Below, one piece after another: positions 38,701-49,300 of a stretch of 64,000 nt of DNA (position 1 is the first letter of the stretch; the number at the start of each line of letters is the position of its first letter). Source of the stretch: Candidatus Thermochlorobacter sp. (GTDB taxonomy: Bacteria; Bacteroidota; Chlorobiia; Chlorobiales; Thermochlorobacteraceae); the NCBI GenBank assembly GCA_046291735.1, contig JBKBSK010000001.1:128054-192053 (forward strand), given 5' to 3'. The position numbers and the translations under genes were made by a program. Below the pieces are notes generated by a model. That model searched no databases and was not told the DNA's origin. It saw only the letters and a list, made by a program, of their open reading frames with translations.

Positions 38701-39978
38701 ATGCATCCAAAACCTAAAATGCTTATTGTCGACGACGAGCCGAATGTGCTCGAGTCGCTCTGCCAACTTTTCGATCTTGAGTTTCATGTGCTCACGGCTT
38801 CTGATGGGCAAATGGCGCTTTCACTGTTACAACATCATCCTGAAGTTGCTATTGTCATCAGCGATCAGCGGATGCCCGGCATGAGTGGGGTCGAGCTTCT
38901 CAAACATGTCAAGCAGCTTGCGCCCAATACCATGCGAATTTTGCTCACCGGCTATGCTGACTTGGAAGCAGTGTTAGATTCGGTCAATGTCGGTGAGGTC
39001 TTTCGGTATGTCCGCAAGCCATGGGTTGCTGAGACGCTCAAGTCTATCGTTGCTCTTGCAATGGCAAGTTATATGCTGCGCTGTCAGAAAGAGCATCGTC
39101 ATAAACAGAATGGTACAATCCTGCAGTCTCCACCCACACTCTCGCAGCCTGTTGCGCAGCGGCGACGCACTGATGCCGGTTTTGTGCCACCGCCGAACCA
39201 AGTGCTGCCGCCGATTCCAGACCCGCTGCCTCAACGTCGGGCGACCGATAAGGTCTTTTCAAGTTTCGAAGAAGAGTTTTTTGCACATCAAACTCCAGAT
39301 GAATCCCTTAAGCCCTTACAAGTTGAGCGTGTCTTCGAGAGCTTTGAAGAAGAGTTTTTTGCGTCCTTTCGTGAGGAAGCCATTTCGGAACTCAAAAAAT
39401 TTGAGAGTTTCGAAGAAGAGTTTTTTGCTCGCCTCAATTCACGTCTGGCACAGTTAGAGTTACCGCTCCGGTTGCCCAAGCAGCCCAATGCTCTTGAGTT
39501 ACAGCCATCAGAGAAACACATCTTCGACAAAGTTTTCTATGGACGGAGTGGCAAACCAAGAATTCTCGTTGTAGATGATGAAGTGCGCGTCTTAAGTGCC
39601 CTTTCCGAACTGCTCAGCAGCGACTATGATGTGCTCACCTGCACCTCTGCTGATGCAGCGCTTGACATTTTGGAAAACAGTGCATTTGTCGCCTGCATTC
39701 TCACAGATATGCGCATGCCGCATAAATCAGGCAGTGATTTTCTCAGAGAATCCCAATCGCTCGCACCAATTGTGCCCAAAATCTTGATGACTGCTTTCTC
39801 CGATGTGGAGCATATCACATCGCTTATCAATCAGGGATTGCTCTTTCGACACATTGAAAAGCCATGGGATATCAGCAAACTTTCTGCCTCGTTGCAAGAA
39901 GCAGTTGAAGTTTGCCGCCGAAATGTGGAAAGAGGTCTCAAAATTCGCTGTGAGACGGTCAGTCGGTATTCATTCTAA
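38701..39978 (+). CDS. Tandem-receiver response regulator paralogue with a repeat-containing linker
   Basis: Two complete REC domains (SDQRMPG, TDMRMPH, RKPW, EKPW). The ~160-aa linker has three F(E/S)SFEEEFFA repeats. Confidence 0.85.
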   Translation: MHPKPKMLIVDDEPNVLESLCQLFDLEFHVLTASDGQMALSLLQHHPEVAIVISDQRMPGMSGVELLKHVKQLAPNTMRILLTGYADLEAVLDSVNVGEVFRYVRKPWVAETLKSIVALAMASYMLRCQKEHRHKQNGTILQSPPTLSQPVAQRRRTDAGFVPPPNQVLPPIPDPLPQRRATDKVFSSFEEEFFAHQTPDESLKPLQVERVFESFEEEFFASFREEAISELKKFESFEEEFFARLNSRLAQLELPLRLPKQPNALELQPSEKHIFDKVFYGRSGKPRILVVDDEVRVLSALSELLSSDYDVLTCTSADAALDILENSAFVACILTDMRMPHKSGSDFLRESQSLAPIVPKILMTAFSDVEHITSLINQGLLFRHIEKPWDISKLSASLQEAVEVCRRNVERGLKIRCETVSRYSF

Positions 39979-40131
39979 GGTATTCTCAGAACATGAGCGT
40001 GCAATTTTTTCGGGCACCTAAACTTTTCTAGGCAGAACGCGTTGCCGGCGTTAGCTATTCTCAAATGCTGTAGTTGAAATCATCTTGAGAAGTCGGCGTT
40101 GAAAGCGTTGAGTGTTTATTTTGGCAGCGGG

Positions 40132-41538
40132 TTATTTTGGCAGATCAATACTGTAGCGCTTGCGAATTTCCCACAGGGCTTTAGTAGAAATACCTAAAAT
40201 TTTTGCTGCTTCACTGAAACTGCCGCTTTCTTTGAGCACCGCTTGAATGTAAGCCAGTTTGACTTCCTCGAGCGACTTGCCTATCGGAATACTGAATGTG
40301 TGTCTATTTTCCTCTGTTGGCATGTATGGAATAGAAGGCAGCGTAATTTGAGCTACATCAATGCATTCTCCAGCCGGTGTAAAGATAACGGCGCGTTCTA
40401 TTACGTTTCGCAGTTCGCGCACATTGCCTTTCCATTCGTGTGCACGCAACCTTGCTTTGGCTTCCTCTGAGATCCCTGCAATCGGTTTATTCATCTCGCG
40501 CGAAAACTGCGCAACAAACTTTTCTGCAATCAGAATGATGTCATCACCTAATTCGCGTAGCGGCGGCATGTAAATTGAAACCACATTGATTCGGAAGAAT
40601 AAATCTTCTCGGAATTTTTGTTCCGCTACTTTCTCTTCAATTTTTGCATTGGTTGCCGCAATGACGCGCACATTCGAGTAAATCGGTTGATTGCCCCCAA
40701 GTCTTCGAAAGGTGCGTGTCTCTAAGACCGAGAGCAATTTTGACTGCACCACGAGCGATGTGGCATCAATTTCATCGAGAAAAATCGTGCCGTTGTGGGC
40801 AACTTCGAAGAGCCCTTTTTTTGTTGTGCGCGCATCAGTAAATGCTCCGGGCTCATAGCCAAAGAGTTCCGCTTCGAGCAAGTTATCTGGGATAGCAGCG
40901 CAATTAATTTCCACGAATTCACCTTTTGCTTCTCTTGGCGAGAGCCGATGAATCAGACGCGCAACAACGGTTTTGCCTGTGCCTGTCTCACCACGTATTA
41001 ACACTGTAGAATCTGTGCAAGCCACTTGTTGAATCGTGGCTCGTACTGCTTGAATGGCAGGGCTATTGCCAATCAACTCCAGCGTATCCGATTGCCGAAC
41101 TTTTTTCTTGAGTTGCTCGACTTCAGATTTGTAGCGTGCGGTTTCTTCTTTGAGCGAGGCACTTTCAATTGCACGTGAAATCAGCGTGCGCAGCACCGTG
41201 AAGTTTGCGCTTGCACTTGCCCCCGATGTTGTTTTTTCCACATAGTGAAACGCCCCAGCTTTGAGCGCTTCCACTGCCGACTCAATGCTGCCATAGCCCG
41301 TTAGCACAATCACGGCAACTGACGGACTTTTTTGCCGAATGAGACTTGTCAGCTCAACACCGTTGATGTTCGGCATCGTGTAGTCGGTCAGCACCACTGC
41401 AGGCTGCTCATGCTCAAGTGCACTTAGACACTCTTCCGCTCGCGTAAATGTCTTCACGGTAAAATCTCGCGAAAGCACACGCTCCAACAAGAGACGAAAA
41501 CTTGGGTCATCGTCGACGATATAAATCAATGGACGCAT
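40132..41538 (-). CDS. Sigma54-dependent response regulator (NtrC family: REC-AAA+-Fis HTH)
   Basis: REC with DDD and TDYTMP, Walker A GETGTGKT, a GAFTDA loop, and the C-terminal HTH EAAKILGISTKALW. Confidence 0.9.
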   Translation of the reverse strand: MRPLIYIVDDDPSFRLLLERVLSRDFTVKTFTRAEECLSALEHEQPAVVLTDYTMPNINGVELTSLIRQKSPSVAVIVLTGYGSIESAVEALKAGAFHYVEKTTSGASASANFTVLRTLISRAIESASLKEETARYKSEVEQLKKKVRQSDTLELIGNSPAIQAVRATIQQVACTDSTVLIRGETGTGKTVVARLIHRLSPREAKGEFVEINCAAIPDNLLEAELFGYEPGAFTDARTTKKGLFEVAHNGTIFLDEIDATSLVVQSKLLSVLETRTFRRLGGNQPIYSNVRVIAATNAKIEEKVAEQKFREDLFFRINVVSIYMPPLRELGDDIILIAEKFVAQFSREMNKPIAGISEEAKARLRAHEWKGNVRELRNVIERAVIFTPAGECIDVAQITLPSIPYMPTEENRHTFSIPIGKSLEEVKLAYIQAVLKESGSFSEAAKILGISTKALWEIRKRYSIDLPK

Positions 41539-41556
41539 TCCGCATGTAACTTGTCA

Positions 41557-43710
41557 TTATAGGTCTTCGGGCAATCCTGTGTTTATGCTTTGGTTGATGC
41601 GGAAGGTAGATAGGGTAGTTAGCACTTGACTATACAGCGCAATCGGTGCAAACTCACTTTCAAGTGATGCCATAAAGGCTTCAACTTCTTCACGATGTCC
41701 TTTGCCGCCATTAAACTCACGCACACGCGTTGCACCCTGTTCCGAGAGCGTCACCGTTTTGAAATTCTCCATGATTGCAATTCGATTGCCACCAAAAATC
41801 TCAATGCGCTCTTTCGGATACAACTTGTCGCCATTGCAAAGATACTGAATTGTACCGACACTCCCGTTTGCTAAGCGAATCGTGATGAGAAAATTCTCAC
41901 GCACTTTGGTTGGCAATATCTCTGCATAGACGCGCACAGGTTCAGACCCTGTGAGATACTGAATCGTATCAATAAAATGACACACCTCACCAATTAGCCG
42001 TCCACCGCCCTCCTCTGGGTCTTGCGTCCAATGCTCGGGCGGCAGCGGTCCTGCATTAACACGATACTGCACTGAAATCGGCTCAAGTAGTGACTTGAAA
42101 TACGACCGCATCGTTACAATAGGCTGACTAAACCTGCGGTTGAAGCCAGTCATAACTTTCAAATGCGGACGTTTCTCAGCTTCTTCCACAATGCGCATCA
42201 GACTTTCTTCGTCAAGTGCAAGCGGTTTTTCGACAAAGACATGTTTTTCAGCTTGCAAGGCTTTGAGCACCAATTCTGCATGTGTATTGTGGCGCGTTGC
42301 AATGAACACTGTTCCTATCGTCTCATCACCAAGTACATCCTCCACGTTTGAAGTCGCTCGTTTGAATCCAAACGTCTGCTTTACACTTTCTGCTGTGATA
42401 CCCGTTGCGTTGCAGACCGTTACCAGCTCCACACCGTCAATGTTCTTCAAATTTGGAATAAGGTAGCCGGTAGCAAAACTACCTGCACCGATAAAGCCGA
42501 TACGTTTGGGATTGACTTTTGCGCGCGCTGGTGCACCATTTCGCTGCGGCATGAGACTTTCAGCGCGCATAGGCTTCTCTTGAAACTCACCATAATCCAA
42601 GAGAATACCGATATAGCGTTCTTTGCGCTCACCTGTGATGAGCTTATAGGCTTCTTCGCCTTGCTCAATTGGGAAAATGTGCGTGGTGATGTTTGAAAGT
42701 GAAAGTTTCTTTTCTGCAAGCAATTGCAAAAAGGCTTGCATGTTGCGGTTTTCTGTCCAGCGCACATAGCCGATAGGGTAATCAATTCCTTTTTCTTCGT
42801 AGTGCGTGTCGTATCGACCTGCGCCATAAGAGCGAGAGAGTTTGAACTCCAATTCTTTCATGTAGTAGGGCGTGCGCGGCAAGTTCATGCCTGTAACTCC
42901 GACCATCACCACGCGTCCTCTATCGCGCATCACATCGGCAGCAAATTCCACAGGGTCGTTCGATGAGGTTGAAGCTGTGATAATGACCGCATCTGCACCA
43001 TAGCCATTGGTGAAAGCCATCACTTGCTCTTTGAGACTGTCTTCACTACGCGAAAGTGCAAGGTCGCAGCCATGTGTCTTTGCCAAAGCAATTGCATCGG
43101 GATTGATATCAATGCCGATGACGCGGCAGCCGTTAGCTTTGAGAAGTTGAACCAACAATTGCCCAAGCAGTCCTAAGCCAATCACCATGATGCTCTCGCC
43201 GAGTGTTGGTGCAGCTTGACGCACTCCTTGCAGCGCAATCGCCCCAAGTGTCGTGTAAGCTGCATCGCTTAGCGATACATTATCTGGCACCTTAGCCACC
43301 AAATTTTTTGGCACAACAACTAACTCGGCATGTGAAGCATATCCGCCGCCTGCACAGGCAACCCTATCGCCCACACGAAATTCTGAAATATCATCTGCGA
43401 CTTCAACAACCACGCCCGCTGACGAATAGCCCATTGCAGAATCCGCGCCCAGCTTGTTGAAGACGCGCTGTGCAGTCTCCAAAAGTCCTTGCTCTTTGAC
43501 TTGTTTTAATACCAGTTTGACAAGGTCAGGACGCGCCATTGCCTTGCCTAAAAGGGATTTCTTGCCAAGTTCTACTTTGGTACGCTCTGTGCCCGCACTA
43601 ATCAAACTGAAACGATTGCGCACCAACACCATTCCTCTTTTGAGCGCAGGCGGCGGTACAGATCTAATTTTGATTATACCCGAACGCGAGTTCTGAACAA
43701 GTTGCTGCAT
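41557..43710 (-). CDS. Bi-domain oxidoreductase (N-terminal Zn-ADH/MDR domain + C-terminal Gfo/Idh/MocA domain)
   Basis: The N-terminal part has an MDR fold with GLGLLGQLLVQLL. The C-terminal part has IGFIGAGSFATGYLIPNL and a Gfo/Idh/MocA-like core. Confidence 0.8.
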   Translation of the reverse strand: MQQLVQNSRSGIIKIRSVPPPALKRGMVLVRNRFSLISAGTERTKVELGKKSLLGKAMARPDLVKLVLKQVKEQGLLETAQRVFNKLGADSAMGYSSAGVVVEVADDISEFRVGDRVACAGGGYASHAELVVVPKNLVAKVPDNVSLSDAAYTTLGAIALQGVRQAAPTLGESIMVIGLGLLGQLLVQLLKANGCRVIGIDINPDAIALAKTHGCDLALSRSEDSLKEQVMAFTNGYGADAVIITASTSSNDPVEFAADVMRDRGRVVMVGVTGMNLPRTPYYMKELEFKLSRSYGAGRYDTHYEEKGIDYPIGYVRWTENRNMQAFLQLLAEKKLSLSNITTHIFPIEQGEEAYKLITGERKERYIGILLDYGEFQEKPMRAESLMPQRNGAPARAKVNPKRIGFIGAGSFATGYLIPNLKNIDGVELVTVCNATGITAESVKQTFGFKRATSNVEDVLGDETIGTVFIATRHNTHAELVLKALQAEKHVFVEKPLALDEESLMRIVEEAEKRPHLKVMTGFNRRFSQPIVTMRSYFKSLLEPISVQYRVNAGPLPPEHWTQDPEEGGGRLIGEVCHFIDTIQYLTGSEPVRVYAEILPTKVRENFLITIRLANGSVGTIQYLCNGDKLYPKERIEIFGGNRIAIMENFKTVTLSEQGATRVREFNGGKGHREEVEAFMASLESEFAPIALYSQVLTTLSTFRINQSINTGLPEDL

Positions 43711-43886
43711 TGATATGTTGGTTATGTAATTTGAACGCGCAAAATTAACGAAAAATCCTCTCTATGCTCCGATGCGCTGCAAATGTCGCACTTGCCTTCT
43801 CAGACGCCGCCCAAACTACAACGCACAAAACTTTACATCGCGTAAGCATTTTGATATATTTTCGGAAAGTTACTGTCTAACCTCTT

Positions 43887-45326
43887 ATGCCAATGGAATA
43901 CGAACTGATTGTAGGACTTGAAGTCCATTGTCAACTCAACACGAAGACAAAAGCCTTTTGCGGCTGTTCAACTGCATTTGGCGCACCTGCCAATACGAAT
44001 GTTTGTCCTGTCTGCTTAGCTTTACCCGGCAGTTTGCCTGTGCTCAATAGAAAAGTCTTGGAGTACGCTGTTCGGCTTGGGCTAACCACCAATTGCCAGA
44101 TTCGTCCGCGCTCGATTTTTGCACGCAAAAATTATTTCTATCCCGATTTACCTAAAGGCTATCAAATTTCGCAGTATGATGAGCCGATTTGCTACGATGG
44201 TAGAGTAGACTACGAGCTTGATGGCGTGCAAAAAAGTGTTCGCCTCATCCGTATTCATATTGAAGAAGACGCTGGCAAATCTATTCATGACATTGGCTCC
44301 GAGACTTACATCGATGCGAACCGCTGCGGTGTGCCGCTCTTAGAAATTGTCTCTTATCCTGACATTCGCTCTACAAAAGAAGCCTCTGCGTATCTGCAAA
44401 AACTTCGGCAGATTGTGCGCTGGATTGGCATCTCTGACGGCAACATGGAAGAAGGCTCGCTGCGCTGCGATGCCAATGTCTCCATTCGTCCGAAAGGCTC
44501 AGATAAGTTTGGCACACGCACAGAAATCAAAAACATCAATTCATTTAAGAACGTCGAGAAAGCCATTGAGTTTGAAGCAGCACGGCAAAGAGCCATTTTG
44601 GAATCGGGCGGCACTATTGTGCAAGAGACTCGACTCTGGGATAGTGAGCGGCAAGAGACACGCTCAATGCGCTCCAAAGAAGAAGCACATGACTACCGCT
44701 ATTTCCCTGAACCTGACCTTGTGCCTATTGAGGTTACGCCAGAGATGCTTGCACACATTCGTGCAGAGTTGCCCGAACTGCCCGAGCAGCGCCGTGCTCG
44801 CTTCGAAGCTGAATATAAAATCCCTGCTTATGATGCCAGTGTGCTTACAGCTGATCGAGATGTTGCCGACTACTACGAAGCCGTAGTCCATGTCTGCGGT
44901 GATGCCAAAATCGCCTCGAATTGGGTGATGGGCGAAGTCTTGCGCACACTCAAAGAAAAAGCTATTGAAATGCGCGAATTTCCTATCCAACCCGAGCGTC
45001 TCGGTGAACTCATTCAGCTCGTGCAGAAAGGTGTTATCAACAACAATACCGCAAAAGAAAAAGTCTTCACGCAAATGCTCGAGACACTGCTCTCGCCTAT
45101 GGCAATTGTGGAACGTGATGGCTTAGCGCAAGTCTCCGATACGTCTGTCATTGAACAAGAAGTGCTTGCCGTCTTAGCTGCAAGTCCTTCGCAACTTGCT
45201 GACTATCGCTCTGGCAAAACCAAACTCTTCGGCTACTTTGTTGGTGAGACGATGAAGCGCATGAAAGGCAAAGCCAATCCGCAGATTATCAACACTATCT
45301 TGAAACAAAAATTAGAGCAAGTTTGA
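43887..45326 (+). CDS. gatB: Asp/Glu-tRNA amidotransferase subunit B
   Basis: [16 protein letters not shown]-terminus and full-length GatB character. Confidence 0.95.
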   Translation: MPMEYELIVGLEVHCQLNTKTKAFCGCSTAFGAPANTNVCPVCLALPGSLPVLNRKVLEYAVRLGLTTNCQIRPRSIFARKNYFYPDLPKGYQISQYDEPICYDGRVDYELDGVQKSVRLIRIHIEEDAGKSIHDIGSETYIDANRCGVPLLEIVSYPDIRSTKEASAYLQKLRQIVRWIGISDGNMEEGSLRCDANVSIRPKGSDKFGTRTEIKNINSFKNVEKAIEFEAARQRAILESGGTIVQETRLWDSERQETRSMRSKEEAHDYRYFPEPDLVPIEVTPEMLAHIRAELPELPEQRRARFEAEYKIPAYDASVLTADRDVADYYEAVVHVCGDAKIASNWVMGEVLRTLKEKAIEMREFPIQPERLGELIQLVQKGVINNNTAKEKVFTQMLETLLSPMAIVERDGLAQVSDTSVIEQEVLAVLAASPSQLADYRSGKTKLFGYFVGETMKRMKGKANPQIINTILKQKLEQV

Positions 45327-45440
45327 GCGCGCTGATTGTGCGCGTTGTTCTTATCAATAGCCCATTTCTCTGTTGCTGAACTTCTTAGCCTAAAACCTAT
45401 GCGCTGAGCATAAACCCAATCTACAACGATACACAAATAC

Positions 45441-45476
45441 AAAAGCCGCAACGGTAAATTGCGGCTTTGCTTTGTT
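45441..45476. terminator. Bidirectional terminator hairpin between the convergent gatB and redoxin genes
   Basis: AAAGCCGCA-9 nt-TGCGGCTTT, flanked by A/T-rich runs on both sides. Confidence 0.6.
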
Positions 45477-45493
45477 ACAAGATTTCTCCAGAT

Positions 45494-46129
45494 TTATTGC
45501 GCCTTGTCAGCATACTTAACGGAACAGCCATACGGCTTTGTGGTAGCTGTTGAAATAGGCTTGCCAGCAAGCACTTCATCGAGCGCTTTGGCAACATAGT
45601 TGACCTTTGCATTTGCGCCACCTTTGGTGCTGTTATCATCATCGATTGCGCCATTGTAGACCAAAATGCCGTTCTTGTCGATGATGTACATGTGCGGGGT
45701 TGTTTTGGCTTCGTAGAGTCTGCCAACCGTACCATCGTGGTCAAAAAGCAAGTTCGTTGCCTTCACATTGTTTTCTTTGAGCACGCCGGGTGCGGTTTCT
45801 TTGGTCAAATGCCCTTGCTTGCCTTGCGCCGAGGAGTTGATAAGCAACCAGCTTACACCTTTTTCAGTATAAGTTTGCTGCAATTTCTGCATGTTGCCTG
45901 TCTTATAGTGCCCAACCACGAAAGGACATTCAGGATTATACCACTCCAAGACCACAATTTTTCCCTTAAAGTCAGAGAGCTGATGCATCTTGCCTTGATA
46001 GTCCATGAGCTTGAAGTCAGGTGCAGGTTTGCCAATTTCGACTGCACTTATCTTGAATGAAAAAGCATAGCCCAATGCAGCCAGCGCAAAGAGCGCAATT
46101 ATCAATTTTGGAACAGATGAGACTTTCAT
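45494..46129 (-). CDS. Secreted thioredoxin-fold (redoxin/TlpA-like) protein
   Basis: Signal peptide and VVLEWYNPECPFV around the redox-active position. Confidence 0.7.
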   Translation of the reverse strand: MKVSSVPKLIIALFALAALGYAFSFKISAVEIGKPAPDFKLMDYQGKMHQLSDFKGKIVVLEWYNPECPFVVGHYKTGNMQKLQQTYTEKGVSWLLINSSAQGKQGHLTKETAPGVLKENNVKATNLLFDHDGTVGRLYEAKTTPHMYIIDKNGILVYNGAIDDDNSTKGGANAKVNYVAKALDEVLAGKPISTATTKPYGCSVKYADKAQ

Positions 46130-46339
46130 AGTGATGTGTTTTAGTTAAACAAACAAAAGTAGATGCGTAGAAAAGACTTGCGAATATAACATTTTTGATA
46201 GCGTTGCAAGTAACCAGTTTTACCCCTATCGTTTGTGTTGCCTTTAAGCAGGGTCGTTGCTAGACTTGTAATTGCAGCTCTGAATGGGCTACTTTTTTTG
46301 CAACTGTTTGCAACACTACCTTTTCTACTGCCCAGAATT

Positions 46340-49300
46340 TTATGCTGCGCTTACCTCTGCATCCACAGTACTGGGGTCGTAGTTCAAATTTTGCGCAAGC
46401 CAGCGTTCCACTTCTTCAATTGACATGCCTTTGCGCTTTGCATAATCTTCTACCTGATCTTTTCCAATTTTGCCCACACCGAAGTAGACCGCTTCTGGAT
46501 GTGCAAAGTAGAGTCCTGATACCGATGCCGCCGGATACATTGCAAAGTTTTCTGTCAGGAAAATGCCTACACGTTTTTCAACTTCTAAGAGATCGAAGAG
46601 CAAGCGTTTTTCTGTGTGGTCAGGGCAAGCTGGGTAGCCCGGCGCCGGACGAATACCTTGATATTTTTCTTCAATCAAATCGTCGTTCGTTGTTTGTTCA
46701 TTTGGTGCATAGCCCCAGTACTCGGTACGAATTTTCTTGTGCAGCATCTCTGCGAAGGCTTCTGCAAGCCTATCAGCAAGGGCTTTTGCCATAATGCTGT
46801 TGTAATCATCTTTTACATCCTCAAACATTTTGACCAGCGTCTCTAACCCATGACCTGCTGTTACAGCAAAGCCACCGATGTAGTCAATGAGCCCTGTGGA
46901 TTTTGGGGCAATGTAGTCAGCAAGGGCGCGGTTGGCGCGTTCTGCCCCTTTTTCATTTTGTTGGCGTAGTGTGTGAAACACGGTCAGCACGGTTGCACGC
47001 GATTCATCGGCATAGACTTCAATGTCATCGCCGATAGCATTTGCTGGAAAAAGTCCGAACACGGCTTTTGCTGTCAGCAAGTTCTCTGCCACAATGCGCT
47101 CCAAGAGTTGATTGGCATCACGGAAAAGTTTTTGTGCTTCCTCACCGACCACTTCATCGTGCAAGATGTTAGGGTAGCGTCCTGCAAGTTGCCAAGTCTG
47201 AAAGAAGGGTGTCCAGTCGATGTACTCGCATAGTTCAGATAGTGAGACTTGCTCCAGTGTAGTGATGCCTAGCTTTTTGGGTTTGTAGATATCTTCGGCG
47301 CGCCAAATAATTGGCGTCCGATTCTCACGCGCTTCAGCCAGCGACACATACTTGCGTGTTACGCGCTTTTTGAGATACGACTCACGCAGTTCATCATACT
47401 CGGCTTTGACTTGAGACACAAACCTATCTTTTTCTTCAGGCGTGACGAGACTTTGCACCACAGGCACGCTGCGCGAGGCATCGAGCACATGCACCACCGC
47501 ACCTGAATAGTTCGGCGCAATTTTTACAGCGGTGTGAATCTTTGAAGTGGTCGCCCCACCAATGAGCAGTGGAATTTTGAAACCCAGTCTCTCCATTTCT
47601 TTGGCAACATGAACCATTTCGTCAAGCGAGGGAGTAATCAATCCTGATAATCCAATGATATCGACTTGTTCTTTCTTTGCGGTCTCCAAGATTTTTTCAG
47701 CAGGCACCATCACGCCAAGGTCAATGACTTCAAAGTTATTGCAGGCGAGCACCACGCCCACAATGTTTTTGCCAATGTCGTGCACATCTCCTTTGACCGT
47801 TGCCATCAGCACTTTTGCTGCCGCCTTAGCATTGGGGTTTTTCGCTTTTTCTGCCTCAATGAAGGGCACAAGATGGGCAACGGATTTTTTCATCACGCGC
47901 GCCGACTTTACCACTTGCGGCAAGAACATTTTACCTGCGCCGAAAAGATCGCCAACCACATTCATGCCATCCATTAGCGGACCTTCAATGACGGCAAGCG
48001 GAGTTGGATATTTCAGGCGTGCTTCTTCGGTATCTTCTACAATGTAAGTATCAATGCCTTTAATCAGGGCATATTTCAAGCGTTCTTCGACTGTGCCCTT
48101 GCGCCATTCTTCTTCTTGCACTTCGGGTGTTTTCGCCTCAGAGCGTTTCTTTAATTCTTCGGCAAATTCCACTAAACGCTCGGTTGCATCGGGGCGTCGA
48201 TTGAGCAGCACGTCCTCAACGCGCTCCAAAAGTTCTTTATCGATTTCTTCATAGACCTCAATCATGCCGGCATTGACAATGCCCATATCGAGCCCGGCTC
48301 GGATTGCATGATACAGAAATGCTGAGTGCATCGCTTCGCGCACAGGATTATTGCCCCTGAACGAGAATGAAATGTTCGAGATGCCGCCCGAGACTTTGGC
48401 ATGTGGCAAGTTCTCTTTAATCCACTTGGTTGCTCTGATGAAGTCTACGGCATAGTTATTATGTTCTTCAATGCCAGTAGCAACCGTGAGAATATTTGGG
48501 TCAAAGATGATATCCTGTGGTGGGAAGCCAACTTCTTTGGTGAGAATATCGTAAGCGCGCTTGCAGATTTCAATTTTGCGCTCGAAGGTATCGGCTTGTC
48601 CGCGTTCATCAAATGCCATGACAACCGTAGCAGCGCCATATTCCATAATCTTCTTTGCCTGCTCTTTGAACTTCTCTTCACCTTCTTTGAGTGAAATAGA
48701 GTTCACAATGGCTTTACCTTGCACGCATTTGAGACCTGCTTCAATGACAGACCATTTGGAGGAATCAATCATAATTGGCACGCGCGAAATATCTGGTTCA
48801 GCAGCAATTAGGTTCAGGAACTTGACCATTGCCGCTTCAGAGTCAAGCATGCCCTCATCCATATTGACATCGATAATCTGTGCGCCGTTTTCAACTTGCT
48901 GACGTGCAATTGCAAGTGCTTCTTCGTATTTCTGCTCTTTGATAAGTTTTGCAAACTTCGGCGAGCCTGTCACATTTGTGCGCTCACCGATGTTGAGGAA
49001 GCGCGTCTCTGGTGTTACCACAAGTGGCTCAAGTCCAGCAAGTTGCATGTAGCTTGTGCGCGCCTTGGGCTTGCGTGGTTTGAAGCGTGCGGCAACCTCG
49101 GCAAAGGCTTTGATATGCTCCGGTGTTGTGCCGCAGCAACCGCCGATAATGTTGACGAATTCATTGCGCAAAAAGTCTTCAAACTGCGCCGCCATATACT
49201 CTGGCGTCTCATCATACTCGCCGAAAGTGTTGGGCAAACCTGCGTTCGGATAGAGACTGGTATAACACGTCGCATGGCGCGCTAGCGTCTCAATAAACGG

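Noticed and set aside
39803-40021. 72-aa ORF ending at the second copy of TAAACTTTTCTAG.
   Set aside because: It overlaps the 3' end of the tandem-REC gene in another frame. It is most simply a by-product of the duplicated kinase 3' end, not an independent gene.
43778-43796. Sigma54-like promoter (minus strand GGCAAGTGCGACATTTGCA) upstream of the oxidoreductase-EBP operon. A second candidate, GTGCATTTTTGCA, lies near 34043 upstream of the tandem-REC gene.
   Set aside because: The GG-to-GC spacing is 14 nt in the first candidate rather than the required 10. The second candidate lacks the GG dinucleotide.
46290-46315. Hairpin TTGCAA-ctgt-TTGCAA between metH and the redoxin gene, considered as a terminator for metH.
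   Set aside because: On the minus-strand transcript the stem is followed by A residues, not U. The T-run precedes the stem on the plus strand. It is not a canonical intrinsic terminator in either orientation.
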